Assembly (NCBI GenBank): GCA_965204745.1
Contig: OZ242010.1
Coordinates: forward strand, 3,168,001-3,232,000
Length of the DNA: 64,000 nt
Direction of reading: 5' to 3'
Source: Candidatus Latescibacterota bacterium
Lineage (GTDB): Bacteria; Latescibacterota; UBA2968
Positions within the stretch are counted from its first letter, which is position 1, and every line of letters begins with the position of its first letter. The notes beneath the pieces are model-generated. The model saw nothing but the letters and a program-made list of their open reading frames with translations. It was not told the DNA's origin and did not search any database. A program made the translations under genes and the position numbers. This document shows, piece by piece, positions 29,701 through 38,689 of the stretch.

Positions 29701-32700
29701 CCCCGGCCGCGATGGTGATCGTCGTATCCGCCCCCACCGTGTAAGCACCCGCCACAGGACGCACCGTGATCGTCGTCGCCGTGCTCGATGGACGCGATAG
29801 CGACGCCGTGACCGTCGAAACCGCGCCGTTCTCCGAAATCGACGCCGGTGACGCCGCCAACGTCGCTGTCGGTGCAGGGTCGTCGTCGTCCAGCGTCAAA
29901 GTCGCCTCGGTCACACTGCCCACGCCTTGGGCGTTGTCTGCCACAACGGACATGTCCACGTCGCGATTAGGCGCGTCTTGGGTATTGTCCACCGCTGTGA
30001 TGACCACCGTATCCGTCGCGTTCGCCGTGCTCCCGGCTGCAATGGTGATCGTCGAATCCGCTGCCACCGTGTAAGCCCCCGCCACCGGGCGCACCGTGAT
30101 CGTCGTTGCCGCGCTCAACGGGTGTGCCAGCGTCGCGGTCACGGTGCTCATCCCGCCGCTTTCCGAGATCGACGAGGGCGTCAGTGCCAACGTCACTCTC
30201 GCGGGTTGGAACTGAAATTGCACGGTGGTATCCATGCCGGCATACTTCAAGGCCGGATACTGATCCATCGTGCCAAAGGTCCACGGATCGTCGTTGCCGG
30301 GTTGTCCGTCGAGGTTGGCGTTCCAGCCGTAGTAGGTGTCGTTGGTGGTGGCGCCGTAGGTGGTGGGGCTCTGGAGCTCGCTGGCGGTCTTGCCGACAAC
30401 GCCGCTACCGCCGGCACTGGTGGTCTGACCGCTGGTGGAGGTGTCCCAGTGGCTATCGGTCACTGTGCCAGACGAACTGCCCACCAAACCGCCTTTCGTG
30501 CCGGTACCCGTGACTGCGCCTATCGCGTAGCTGGCGGTCACGCTACCGCCGCTCGCGAGTGAACCCACCAACCCGCCGCCCACCGCGCTGCTGTGTCCAG
30601 CGAACACAGAGCCCAGCGCGTAAGACGCCACCACCTCGGTCTGATCGGTCAGCCAACCCACCAACCCGCCAGCCAGCCCGTCACTCGTCACAGACGCAGG
30701 AACCCGCACAGAGACGAGCGCGTAGCTGCTCACAATGCGGTTGCTGCCCGAAGTGCGATAAGACCGACCGACCAAACCACCCACACCCCACCGCGACCCC
30801 GAAACGCGACCCGTCACATAACACGACGAGATGGTGCCACCACCACCTTGATTACCGGCCAGACCACCCACGCGGTCAGCACCGGTCACATTCACATTCA
30901 ACAACCCCAATCCCGAAACATCGCCATCAACTGCATGGAACAATCCTGTATTATGCCGAGACCCCCGGTCGATGAACAAGTGGGAGATCGTCTTGTTGTT
31001 GCCTTTGAACGTGCCGCCGTAAGGCCCCACAGGGTCCCAGCCGGCACCGCCATTCCAGTAGGTGGTGTCTGCTTGGGTGATCGCGCCGTCGTTGTTCTCG
31101 TCAAAGTCCAAGTTGTTGAGCAGTTCGTAGCCGATGCAACCTGTGGAAGGACACCCCTTGCTCGCTGACAAGTTCCCGTTGGGAAAGGCGGCGTTGTAGG
31201 TCATGGCATCACTATCGGCGACGACCCCATCGCCATTGAGATCCCAGCGCATGGCATGCAGTTGGGCCAAGGTCGAGACCTCGAGGAGGCCATCGCTATC
31301 CGTGTCGTAATGCACGGGTTGGGTAGCGAACTGCGCCGTGGTGTCCAGGCCGGCAAACTTCAAGGCCGGATACTGATTCGTCGTGCCAAAGGTCCAGGGA
31401 TCATCATCGTTGGCCCCCGAAGCATCTATGGTCAGATCGTCCCAGTTGGCATAGATGCCGCTCGCAGACGTGACCGATTGTAAGTCGGAGGTCAACTTGC
31501 CCTCCGGCGCAACAGTATCGCTATCATCGGCAATGTCGCTTGTTTGCGTGTCCCAGTAGCTATCGGTCACTGTACCTGAGTTTTCCGCCAGCCCATGCTT
31601 GTGCAGGCAGGCCCCCGTTACTGAGCCTGTTGAGTAGCTCGACGCTATCGTCGCACCGGCACCATTGGCACCCACCAACCCGCCGCCAGTGGCCCACGGC
31701 CCCGACTGATTGCACACCACAGACGCCATGGCGTAACTCGCCACGATGTACGACCCCCTCTGAGTGGCGCCCGCCAACCCGCCGACATTGGTGTTCGCCG
31801 TGACCGACCCCGTGACGTAACTCGCCGCGATCCGACCCTTGTTCAGACCCACCAGCGCGCCCACCGTGCCCTGACCCGTATTGATCACCGCGTTGACCAA
31901 CCCCAAAGAGCGGATGTGGGCAGTGGTGTCCGTGCTTGCGAAAAATCCCGAAAAGTTGACGTAGCGGTTGATGTACAGGTGGGAGATCCTCTTGCCGTTG
32001 CCCTCAAACGTGGCGGTGTATGGGGAGGTGTTGCTACTGCCGATGGGTGCCCAGCCCGCGCCGCCATTCCAGTAGGTAGTGTCTGCTGAGGTGATCGCGC
32101 CATCGCCGTTTTCGTCAAAGTCCAAGTTGTTGAGCAGTTCGTAGCCAGTGCAGGTGCCGGAAGGGCAACCCATCCGGCCGCTACTGGTGGTGTTGCGGCC
32201 GGGAAAGGCGGCGCCATAATCGGCGTGGGTAGCGTCGCCATTGCCGTTGAGGTCGTGGCGAATGGCGTTGAGTTGCGCCAAGGTGGTGATATCGATGAGG
32301 CCATCGCTATCCGTGTCGTAATTCCTGGGCTGGGCAACGAACTGCGCGGTGGTGTCCAGGCCTGCATACTTCAACACAGGATACTGATCCGCTTTGCCAA
32401 ATGTCCACGGATTGTCGTTGCCGGTCTGTCCGTCGATGTTGATGTTCCAGGTGGCGTAGATGCCGGTGTAGCCGGTGGGAGTTTGGAGAGTGCTGGTGGT
32501 CTGACCCGTGCCGCCTGCGCTGGTGGTCTGACCGCTGGTTTCGGTGTCCCAGTAGCTACTGACCACGCTAGCTGAGCCAAAGCCTGTGACTGAAGATCCT
32601 GCTAAACCGCCGATAGTTGATGCTGTTCCGCTGGACCGGCTGACCCGGCCGATAGAGTAGGAGTTTGTTATATTTCTTGCTCCGCCTGCCAGACCGCCGA

Positions 32701-33403
32701 CATGGCTTGTTCCGCTGACAGAAGCAGTTGAGTAACTGGTCGAGATAGTCTCACTAGTCCAGCCGGTTACTCCACCAACATAATTGGTGCCTTGTACCTG
32801 GCCGGTGGTGTAACAGGCGACAGTTGAGCCGTTGGCACCGGCTAGAATACCGGTGTATTCCCTTCCCGTGACATTGGCGTTGGTCACGCCCAGAGATTCG
32901 ATTTGACCACTTATGTTGCCGAACAGCCCAATGTAATCTCCGCTACGGTTGATGAACAGGTTGTTGATGGTATAGCCGTTGCCCTTGAAAGGGGCAGTGT
33001 AAGTCTCTCTATTGGGATCGCCCACGGGTAGCCAACCTGCACCGCTGTTCCAGTAGTTGCCGCTGTGGTCGTTGGCGTCCACGTCGCCGTCGCCGTCGCT
33101 GTCGAAGTCCAGGTTGTTCATCAGTTCGTAGCCGTTACAGCCGGTGGATGGGCAACCCATACCCGTGGCGGCGTTGGGGAAGGCGGCGTTGTAAAGTGTC
33201 CATTCGCCGGCTACCGTGTAGCCTTGCAGGCCATTGCCGTCGGGGTCGTAGTTTATGGCTTGGAGTTGTGCCAAAGTGGTGATGTCAATCAGGCGGTCGT
33301 TGTCCGAGTCGTAGTCGACGGTGGTTTGGGCAAACGCCGGCCCCGGTGCCACCAGCATGACCAGCGCGACCAGGGCCAACAAGTGAGCGTAGCGGGGCAT
33401 CAT
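26777..33403 (-). CDS. Giant secreted surface protein/adhesin: 3 GLUG-like modules, Calx-beta/Ig-like repeats, 2 C-terminal dockerin-like repeats
   Basis: Signal peptide MMPRYAHLLALVALVMLVAPGPAFA; repeated DSDGLI.ITTLAQL, YELLNNLDFD, VGGLAG, SYWDT.TSGQ; repeated SISE.G.VSTVTATL, LTITDDD; RBS GAGGGGG; ORF also open to 33622. Confidence 0.88.
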   Translation of the reverse strand: MMPRYAHLLALVALVMLVAPGPAFAQTTVDYDSDNDRLIDITTLAQLQAINYDPDGNGLQGYTVAGEWTLYNAAFPNAATGMGCPSTGCNGYELMNNLDFDSDGDGDVDANDHSGNYWNSGAGWLPVGDPNRETYTAPFKGNGYTINNLFINRSGDYIGLFGNISGQIESLGVTNANVTGREYTGILAGANGSTVACYTTGQVQGTNYVGGVTGWTSETISTSYSTASVSGTSHVGGLAGGARNITNSYSIGRVSRSSGTASTIGGLAGSSVTGFGSASVVSSYWDTETSGQTTSAGGTGQTTSTLQTPTGYTGIYATWNINIDGQTGNDNPWTFGKADQYPVLKYAGLDTTAQFVAQPRNYDTDSDGLIDITTLAQLNAIRHDLNGNGDATHADYGAAFPGRNTTSSGRMGCPSGTCTGYELLNNLDFDENGDGAITSADTTYWNGGAGWAPIGSSNTSPYTATFEGNGKRISHLYINRYVNFSGFFASTDTTAHIRSLGLVNAVINTGQGTVGALVGLNKGRIAASYVTGSVTANTNVGGLAGATQRGSYIVASYAMASVVCNQSGPWATGGGLVGANGAGATIASSYSTGSVTGACLHKHGLAENSGTVTDSYWDTQTSDIADDSDTVAPEGKLTSDLQSVTSASGIYANWDDLTIDASGANDDDPWTFGTTNQYPALKFAGLDTTAQFATQPVHYDTDSDGLLEVSTLAQLHAMRWDLNGDGVVADSDAMTYNAAFPNGNLSASKGCPSTGCIGYELLNNLDFDENNDGAITQADTTYWNGGAGWDPVGPYGGTFKGNNKTISHLFIDRGSRHNTGLFHAVDGDVSGLGLLNVNVTGADRVGGLAGNQGGGGTISSCYVTGRVSGSRWGVGGLVGRSYRTSGSNRIVSSYALVSVRVPASVTSDGLAGGLVGWLTDQTEVVASYALGSVFAGHSSAVGGGLVGSLASGGSVTASYAIGAVTGTGTKGGLVGSSSGTVTDSHWDTSTSGQTTSAGGSGVVGKTASELQSPTTYGATTNDTYYGWNANLDGQPGNDDPWTFGTMDQYPALKYAGMDTTVQFQFQPARVTLALTPSSISESGGMSTVTATLAHPLSAATTITVRPVAGAYTVAADSTITIAAGSTANATDTVVITAVDNTQDAPNRDVDMSVVADNAQGVGSVTEATLTLDDDDPAPTATLAASPASISENGAVSTVTASLSRPSSTATTITVRPVAGAYTVGADTTITIAAGDTINASDTVVITAVNNPQDAPNRDVTVSGVAHNSQGVGSVTGAALTLTDDDVAPDVTMVLSPASISENGGVSTVTATLSHTSSATTTITVSASAVSPAVPGDYMLSTPATLTVAAGQTMSTGTVTIRTVDNSISSGNKTVTVSSTAGNSIGTGSVTDATLTIIDDEVAQVTLVLTPASITENAQISTITATLDRVATVATTVTVSATPVAPAVAGDFTLSTATTLTFAANVTTSTGAVTITSVNDTTDAPDKRVTVSATVAGGNGASLSSAVILTITDDEAAPDVALTLSPASIAETGGVSTITATLSHRSSAITTITVRPVAGAYTVGSDSTITIAAGSTANATDTVVITAVNNTQDAPNRDVTVSVPVSNDQGAGSVTGTALTITDDDAAPDVTLMLSPASISEAGGVSTVTATLTHPSSAATTITVRPVANAYTVGSDSTITIAAGSTANASDTVALTAVDNDIDASDNAVMVQTAAVENDHGAGTVQATSLTITDDDEAAIEVSAMTTTTVRLHTTESGRAETFTVTLASEPTGNVALSVVSSDTTEGTVSPSVLTFSSTTWSTAQTVTVTGQDDTPAAVDGNQNYTVTLSVNQTDTQDTNYDALSAIIVYMVNRDNDFGLDISAVTGQATEAGGSATFTVALLTQPTAAVTISVTSQDPSEGRVEPAMLTFTTSGYNTAQTVTVTGQDDIIDDGDVTWAVRLALSSGDTNYNDLSDEDVPVTTTDDDEAPTVTLVLTPSSISENGEVSTITATLSHPSSAITTITVSATPVSPATASDFTLSSADTLIIAATTTTSTGTVTITAMDNDDRADEKTVSVSATANNAQGITGPSPVTLTLTDDETPSANLDVDGDGRVRLFSDIILVIRYVLFFRNEALLRGNVIEPTATRKTAQEIEPYLDTLVNQNILDVDGDGDVRLFSDIILIIRYVLFFRNEALVRGNVIEPTATRTTAQAIEPYIRSLYPDSHFQ

Positions 33404-33419
33404 TTTGTCCCCCTCTCGA

Positions 33420-33434
33420 GGGGGGGGGGGGGGG
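33420..33434. promoter_or_regulatory. G15 homopolymer (C15 on coding strand) just upstream of the adhesin RBS
   Basis: 15 consecutive G; regulatory role is inferred. Confidence 0.55.
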
Positions 33435-33704
33435 TACACTGTACTGATCATCCTAACAGATTGTTTTGCAATGAAATAGGACCGCACTCCAAGACGAGAA
33501 TCGGCGATATGAACGCCAGTTTTCGCGGTGGGAACATAGCGCCAAATGAGGTTCAAACAGCGGCTGAAAATGGTGGGAATCATCTGGAGCCTCCAAAAAA
33601 ATATAACGAGTTGTGCAGGCATGGCTTTTGCCTGCGTGCGCCAAATAACGAATAACGATGGTGGAGTAAAATTAAGGTACCACGTCGTTTCTTGTCAAGG
33701 GAAT

Positions 33705-34095
33705 TTTGGACCTACCCCCCTAGCCCCGTTACTCGCTACGCTTCGTTGTAGGCTACGTCTGTGCCTGCGAGGAAGGGGGAATGGCGAGAGGTTTTGCGAG
33801 GGGGACCTACCCCCTAACCCCCTTCCTGCGAGGAAGGGGGAACTGTGAGCGGTTTCCCGAGGGGAATGGCGTAGAGGTTTTTTGGGGTTCATAGCGTGAT
33901 CTATTCGCGCAAAGCCATCAAAGCAGCCAGGGATACAAACCTTCAAGAAAGCCATGCGCTCCCCCTTTCCTTGTAGGCACAGGCGTAGCCTACAATGAGC
34001 GAAGCGAATAACGGGGGCCGGGGGGATAGGGCTTGCGGTAGGGTGGTGTGGGGTAATCCGCGCAATCCCCTAATCCGTTTAATCCGCGATTCAGA
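33705..34095. repeat. REP/MITE-like composite palindromic element (copy 3, inverted)
   Basis: Reverse complement of 2115-2460 with extra hairpins. Confidence 0.8.
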
Positions 34096-34158
34096 CACGG
34101 GTGGCAGGGCGGCGAGGACGGCCACGCTCATCGCTCTAAAACAAAATGTCAACAGAAC

Positions 34159-34240
34159 CTCGTTCATGTCTTTGGATGATGGGTTGTGGCTTGCTTCTTA
34201 CTCGCTTTCTACTCTTAATTCGCATTGACAACTGACAACT
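34159..34240. repeat. 82-bp inverted repeat, right copy
   Basis: Reverse complement of 26261-26342 with a few mismatches. Confidence 0.85.
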
Positions 34241-34246
34241 GCCCCA

Positions 34247-35677
34247 CTAACTAACCCCGCCCACGGTCATACTTTTTTCCACCAACATCGTCGGCACGCC
34301 CATCGAGACCGGCACGCCCTGCCCGTTTTTGCCGCACGTCCAACTGCCGGTATCCAACTTGGCGTCATCAGCGGCCATGGCCACGTTTTTCAGGGCTTCC
34401 GGGCCATTGCCGATGATATTCACGTCCTTGATGGGCGCGGTGATTTTGCCGTCCTCGATGAGCCAGCCATTTTTGATGTAAAACGTAAAGTCGCCCGCGC
34501 CGATTTGCACCTGCCCATTGGTGAACGTGTCGGCGATAATGCCGCAATCGACCGCGGCGATGATCTCGTCTCGGGTGTGCGGCCCGTCGAGCATGTACGT
34601 AGAGCGCATGCGCGGCATCGGCACATGGCGAAACCCCTCGCGGCGGCCCGATCCCGTGGGGGCAACCCCGTAGTGCGTGGCCGAGATGCGGTCGTGCAAG
34701 TAGCTTTTAAGAACGCCGTTTTCAATGAGGGTCGTACACGCGGTGGGCTGGCCTTCGTCGTCGATATTGAGCGCGCCCCGGTCATTTTGCTGCAAGCCAT
34801 CATCGACGATGGTCACAAAGTCCGGGGCCACTTTCTCGTCCATCATCGCGGCGTAGATGGACGTGCCCTTGCGGTTGAAATCCGCCTCCAAGCCGTGCCC
34901 AATGGCTTCGTGGAGCAAGATGCCAGACGCCCCTGCTGCCAGGACCACGGGCATCTCGCCTGCTGGCGGGCGTCGCGCGTCGAACAGGATCATCGTGTGA
35001 TCCACGGCTTTTTGGCAGACTTCCTCGATGTGCTCAGCCGTGAAATAGCCGATGCCCTCGCGCCGGGAAACAGACGCGCCATTGCTTTGCCGCACCCCGT
35101 TTTTGGTCGCCGTGACCGAGCAATAGAGCGTGGCCATGGGGCGCCTGTCCGCGCTGAAAATCCCATCGCTGGTAACGATGAGCACATGCTCGTCCCTGTC
35201 CATCCATCCCACAGACACTTTTTCTATCGCGGCATCCATTGCGCGAATCGCGGTTTCCGCGCTTTGCACCACGGGCAATCGCTCCGCGATATCGACCGCG
35301 TCCCAATCCCGGTCAATGGCATAGCGGTCATCCGGTTGTCGGTACCGCATCGCTTGCGGGGGCGTGTTTTTCGCGCCTTCTGCAATGGCCGCCGCTGTTC
35401 GCGCAGCCGCGTAAATCGCGCTCGGGTCCAAACTTTCGGAAAACGCATAGCCGACCTGATCCCCGATCACCGCGCGAATGCCCACGCCTTGATCGACGCC
35501 CGTGTTGGCCCGGGAAATGATCCCGTCTTCCAAGCTGAGGGAGGTAGAACGCACATGCTGAAAATACAGGTCGGCAAAATCAGCCCCTTTGGACATCGCT
35601 TCGGACAATGCCTGCGCGGCCACGGTCTCATCCACGCCAAACAAGGTGGCAAACGGATGGGTTTCAAAATCGATCAT
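34247..35677 (-). CDS. tldD: TldD metalloprotease
   Basis: GVGIRA, LLHEAIGHGLEADFNRKG, DDEG, TGSGRR, PMPRM, CGKNGQ.VPV. Confidence 0.93.
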   Translation of the reverse strand: MIDFETHPFATLFGVDETVAAQALSEAMSKGADFADLYFQHVRSTSLSLEDGIISRANTGVDQGVGIRAVIGDQVGYAFSESLDPSAIYAAARTAAAIAEGAKNTPPQAMRYRQPDDRYAIDRDWDAVDIAERLPVVQSAETAIRAMDAAIEKVSVGWMDRDEHVLIVTSDGIFSADRRPMATLYCSVTATKNGVRQSNGASVSRREGIGYFTAEHIEEVCQKAVDHTMILFDARRPPAGEMPVVLAAGASGILLHEAIGHGLEADFNRKGTSIYAAMMDEKVAPDFVTIVDDGLQQNDRGALNIDDEGQPTACTTLIENGVLKSYLHDRISATHYGVAPTGSGRREGFRHVPMPRMRSTYMLDGPHTRDEIIAAVDCGIIADTFTNGQVQIGAGDFTFYIKNGWLIEDGKITAPIKDVNIIGNGPEALKNVAMAADDAKLDTGSWTCGKNGQGVPVSMGVPTMLVEKSMTVGGVS

Positions 35678-35853
35678 TGTGAACCTCCTCAAGTGTATGG
35701 TCGCTCCGCCCAGCCCCGCCACCCTGCGGGAAGACGTAAGAGGGAAGAGGGAAGACCCCCAGATCCCTTCAGTCCCCAATCTCCAGTCCCTCGCCTTTCA
35801 CCCCTCACGTCTTCCCTCTTGCTTCTTACTTGTGGATGGGCTGTTGGGCGGGG

Positions 35854-35885
35854 ACTGACAACTGACAACTGACAACTGACAACTG
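35854..35885. repeat. (CTGACAA)x4 heptamer repeat
   Basis: Direct reading. Confidence 0.9.
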
Positions 35886-35890
35886 TCTCT

Positions 35891-36120
35891 CTACTTTTTG
35901 ATCTCGACTAACCAAGCGATGGGATTCAGGCCATAAAACGCGATGTTCTCGGCGCGAATACCGCACGCAGTGAGATTGGACATGACGCTATCTTTGGTCC
36001 AACGAGCGGACCAAAAACCCTCTGCGGTTGCCACAAAGCGCGATCCCAATGGCGTCACGACGCGTTGCCCCGTGTGTTCGTAGAAGTCAATCTGCGCGGC
36101 CTCTGCTTCCGGTGTGTTTT
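35891..36120 (-). pseudogene. Start-less 3' gene fragment (..AEAAQIDFYEHTGQRVVTPLGSRFVATAEGFWSARWTK..WLVEIKK*)
   Basis: About 75 protein-like open codons ending in TAG at 35891; no plausible start before the upstream gene's stop. Confidence 0.4.
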
Positions 36121-36136
36121 TGTTTGGGTTGGGGAA

Positions 36137-36583
36137 TCAGGGAAGGTGTTCCAAGTCGTCGAGGTCTTTGAATCTTCCGCTGGATTTTTTGTTTTCCTTC
36201 AAGTGTTCAAGGCTGATGATGGGAATTTGAATTTCATCGATGGTATCCACGATGCGCTCTGCATAGCAAGTCTCAAAATCAACGCCCGAAATAGATGGAA
36301 TAATCTCAATACGCATTGGAGGAACCCCCATTCTGACGATGTCTTCTTCATTCAAAAAAATATTTGCATAAAGGTCAGATGCGGGGAATCCAAACGCTTG
36401 TAAGGTGGCGGCCAGCCGTTCGGCATTTTCGGGATGGACGGCAATCCAAATATCCAGATCATTGGTGGTCCGTGGGTACCCGTGGTACCCCACGGCATAG
36501 CCACCGATCAAAAGATATTCAACGCCATGTTCGTTGAGCAATGTCAAGAACTCTTTGAAGTCGTCTGGTAGCTCGAGTTCCAT
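36137..36583 (-). CDS. Nucleotidyltransferase-fold protein (DUF6036-like)
   Basis: LIGGYAVGYHGYPRTTNDLDIW, NKKSSGRFKDLDDLE. Confidence 0.85.
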   Translation of the reverse strand: MELELPDDFKEFLTLLNEHGVEYLLIGGYAVGYHGYPRTTNDLDIWIAVHPENAERLAATLQAFGFPASDLYANIFLNEEDIVRMGVPPMRIEIIPSISGVDFETCYAERIVDTIDEIQIPIISLEHLKENKKSSGRFKDLDDLEHLP

Positions 36584-36704
36584 AGTTGATCCTGCGGAGA
36601 ATTTCGATTTGTTTCAGGCGTTCATGGGGCGGTTGTGCGAGCCAGTATGCCCGTTCTTCTGACGTGTCGGAAAGCGCGCCAATAGAAAGGGTCGTTCTGT
36701 CCAT
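36519..36704 (-). CDS. Small partner protein overlapping the nucleotidyltransferase gene (TA-like cassette)
   Basis: EERAYWLAQPPHERLKQIEILRRINYG...RLQRV; overlaps the downstream start. Confidence 0.65.
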   Translation of the reverse strand: MDRTTLSIGALSDTSEERAYWLAQPPHERLKQIEILRRINYGTRATRRLQRVLDIAQRTWR

Positions 36705-36731
36705 TTTCAGCGGCAGGCGGTGCGGTGCCAT

Positions 36732-38627
36732 TCACGACCTCCTTTGGTTTTCAAAAAACGCTTTGTGCTGTGCGGACACGTTCTCGATGGGAATGGGTTT
36801 GGAGAGGCCGACCTTGAAGGCGAGCATCCACATGACGAAAATGCCGAACAACAACATGAGGAGTTGCCACACCCACAGGGAGGGCAACCCAAACGGCGCC
36901 CATGTGCCCGGCGCATTGGGATCGGAAAACAGGGTATTGCCAACCGTGGCGAACGGGCCGAATCCGACGAGAAACCACACGACCGTGAGAATCCACGCGG
37001 GCGTCACCCACTTCTTTTGACCGGCCGTCAGCCCGGAAACCGCTTGGATGAAGGCGTGGTGTTTCGCCCTGCGCCCGCGCTCGCCCGCGTCCTCGGATCC
37101 GAATTTCGACACGAGCAGGGCCGCGATCAAATTGGCAAAAATGCCCCAACCCGCGCTGTGAATGGTCAGGGGGAACGCGCCCCACGGCAGGCCGAACAAA
37201 GCCACAGTGCGATCCGTGAGGGTCACGGCGACCAGCCCGGCAATGAGGCCCCACACCACGCCCTTGCGCGTCAGCCACGAAAAATAGCACACGCCCATCA
37301 GGGCCGGGTACATCTGAAACCCGTAGGCCACCGCGAGGCCGCCGAGCATCACTATCGCGCCGGTGAATTGCGCGGCGACAAACAGCGCGACCACGGTCAC
37401 GACAATGACAAAGACGCGGCCGCACAGCTTTTGCACCCGATCCGACGCGTCTGGAGCGACATAGTGCTTGTACAAATCGCGCGTCACCATGCCGGAAAAG
37501 GTGGACATGTACGCGGCGCCGGTGGATTGCATGGCCGCGAGCGCGCACACCGCGAGCAGGCCGACGAGCCAAGGCGCGGCATCCGCGAGCAAATTGATGA
37601 GTTGCGGGACGAGGTTTTTGTCATTCGCAGCTTCAAACACCCCGGTTGCAACGAGGATATTGCCGCCCAAGCCCTGAAAGATGGTGAAGGAAAAGAGGAT
37701 GATGCCGATGATCACGGAAGACGCCACCACTTGTTGCCAGCGGAAGGGTTCGCTCGTCTCGTTGGAAAAGCACCACATGGAAAAGGCCGGCGAGGACTGG
37801 ATGCCCATCAGCGCGAACATGTACGTCAGGCACATCATGCCGGTCCAAACGCTACCCTGTGCGTCTGCCCCAGAAGGCACGGCTTGGATGGCGCCGGGCA
37901 TCGCCACGATGTTCGAGTGCCCGTCCGGCGTGCGTTTTTGCCCCGTTGCGAGGTCCTGTTTGACGTACTCGGCAAGGCCGTCGGTGAACCCGTCCCAGCC
38001 GCCTGCAAAGCCGATGACGATGCCGCCCAAGATGACGATGCCGAGCGCGAGCAAGATGCACTGCGCGCAATCGACGTATGCCACGGACCGCAGGCCGCCG
38101 GAGGCCACATAGATCATCACTATCGCGGACAGGGCGTACATGCCCACTTCAATGCCGATCAGCCCATCGGTCAAGACGTGGAACAAATCTCCAGACGCGC
38201 GCAGTTGCACGCCCAAATACGGCACGGAAAACAGGAAGGCGACGAGCACGGTGAGCAAGCGCATGGCATTGCCCCCGTAGTACTCGGTGTACATTTCCCC
38301 CGGGGTGATGTGTTCAAACGCGCGGCCCACGACCCATTGCCGGCGCAAAAAGAGCACGCCCGTGAACGGAATGGTGAGCGCGTAAAACGAGGCAAATGCG
38401 TAGGGCAGGCCGTCCGTGAGGATTTTGCCCGGATGCCCCACAAAGGTCCAGCCGGAAAAACTCGTCGCGGTGGCCGCCAACACGAAAACCCAAATCCCAA
38501 TGGTGCGCCCGGCCACGAAGTAGTCGGTTGACGTGCGCGCGGAAATCGCCCCGCGAAACCCCCAAAACAGGCAATACGCCCAGTACAGCCCCACAAAAGC
38601 AAACAGCCAAATCAATTTCGCATCCAC
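36732..38627 (-). CDS. Sodium:solute symporter family protein
   Basis: DYFVAGR, ATSFSGWTFVGHPG, GGLRSVAYVD, AAMQST; many TMs. Confidence 0.92.
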   Translation of the reverse strand: MDAKLIWLFAFVGLYWAYCLFWGFRGAISARTSTDYFVAGRTIGIWVFVLAATATSFSGWTFVGHPGKILTDGLPYAFASFYALTIPFTGVLFLRRQWVVGRAFEHITPGEMYTEYYGGNAMRLLTVLVAFLFSVPYLGVQLRASGDLFHVLTDGLIGIEVGMYALSAIVMIYVASGGLRSVAYVDCAQCILLALGIVILGGIVIGFAGGWDGFTDGLAEYVKQDLATGQKRTPDGHSNIVAMPGAIQAVPSGADAQGSVWTGMMCLTYMFALMGIQSSPAFSMWCFSNETSEPFRWQQVVASSVIIGIILFSFTIFQGLGGNILVATGVFEAANDKNLVPQLINLLADAAPWLVGLLAVCALAAMQSTGAAYMSTFSGMVTRDLYKHYVAPDASDRVQKLCGRVFVIVVTVVALFVAAQFTGAIVMLGGLAVAYGFQMYPALMGVCYFSWLTRKGVVWGLIAGLVAVTLTDRTVALFGLPWGAFPLTIHSAGWGIFANLIAALLVSKFGSEDAGERGRRAKHHAFIQAVSGLTAGQKKWVTPAWILTVVWFLVGFGPFATVGNTLFSDPNAPGTWAPFGLPSLWVWQLLMLLFGIFVMWMLAFKVGLSKPIPIENVSAQHKAFFENQRRS

Positions 38628-38689
38628 GATAAATCTCCTCGAGTTGTCGGCAGTTAGAACGTTAAAAAAAATTAAAATGTCAACACGGC

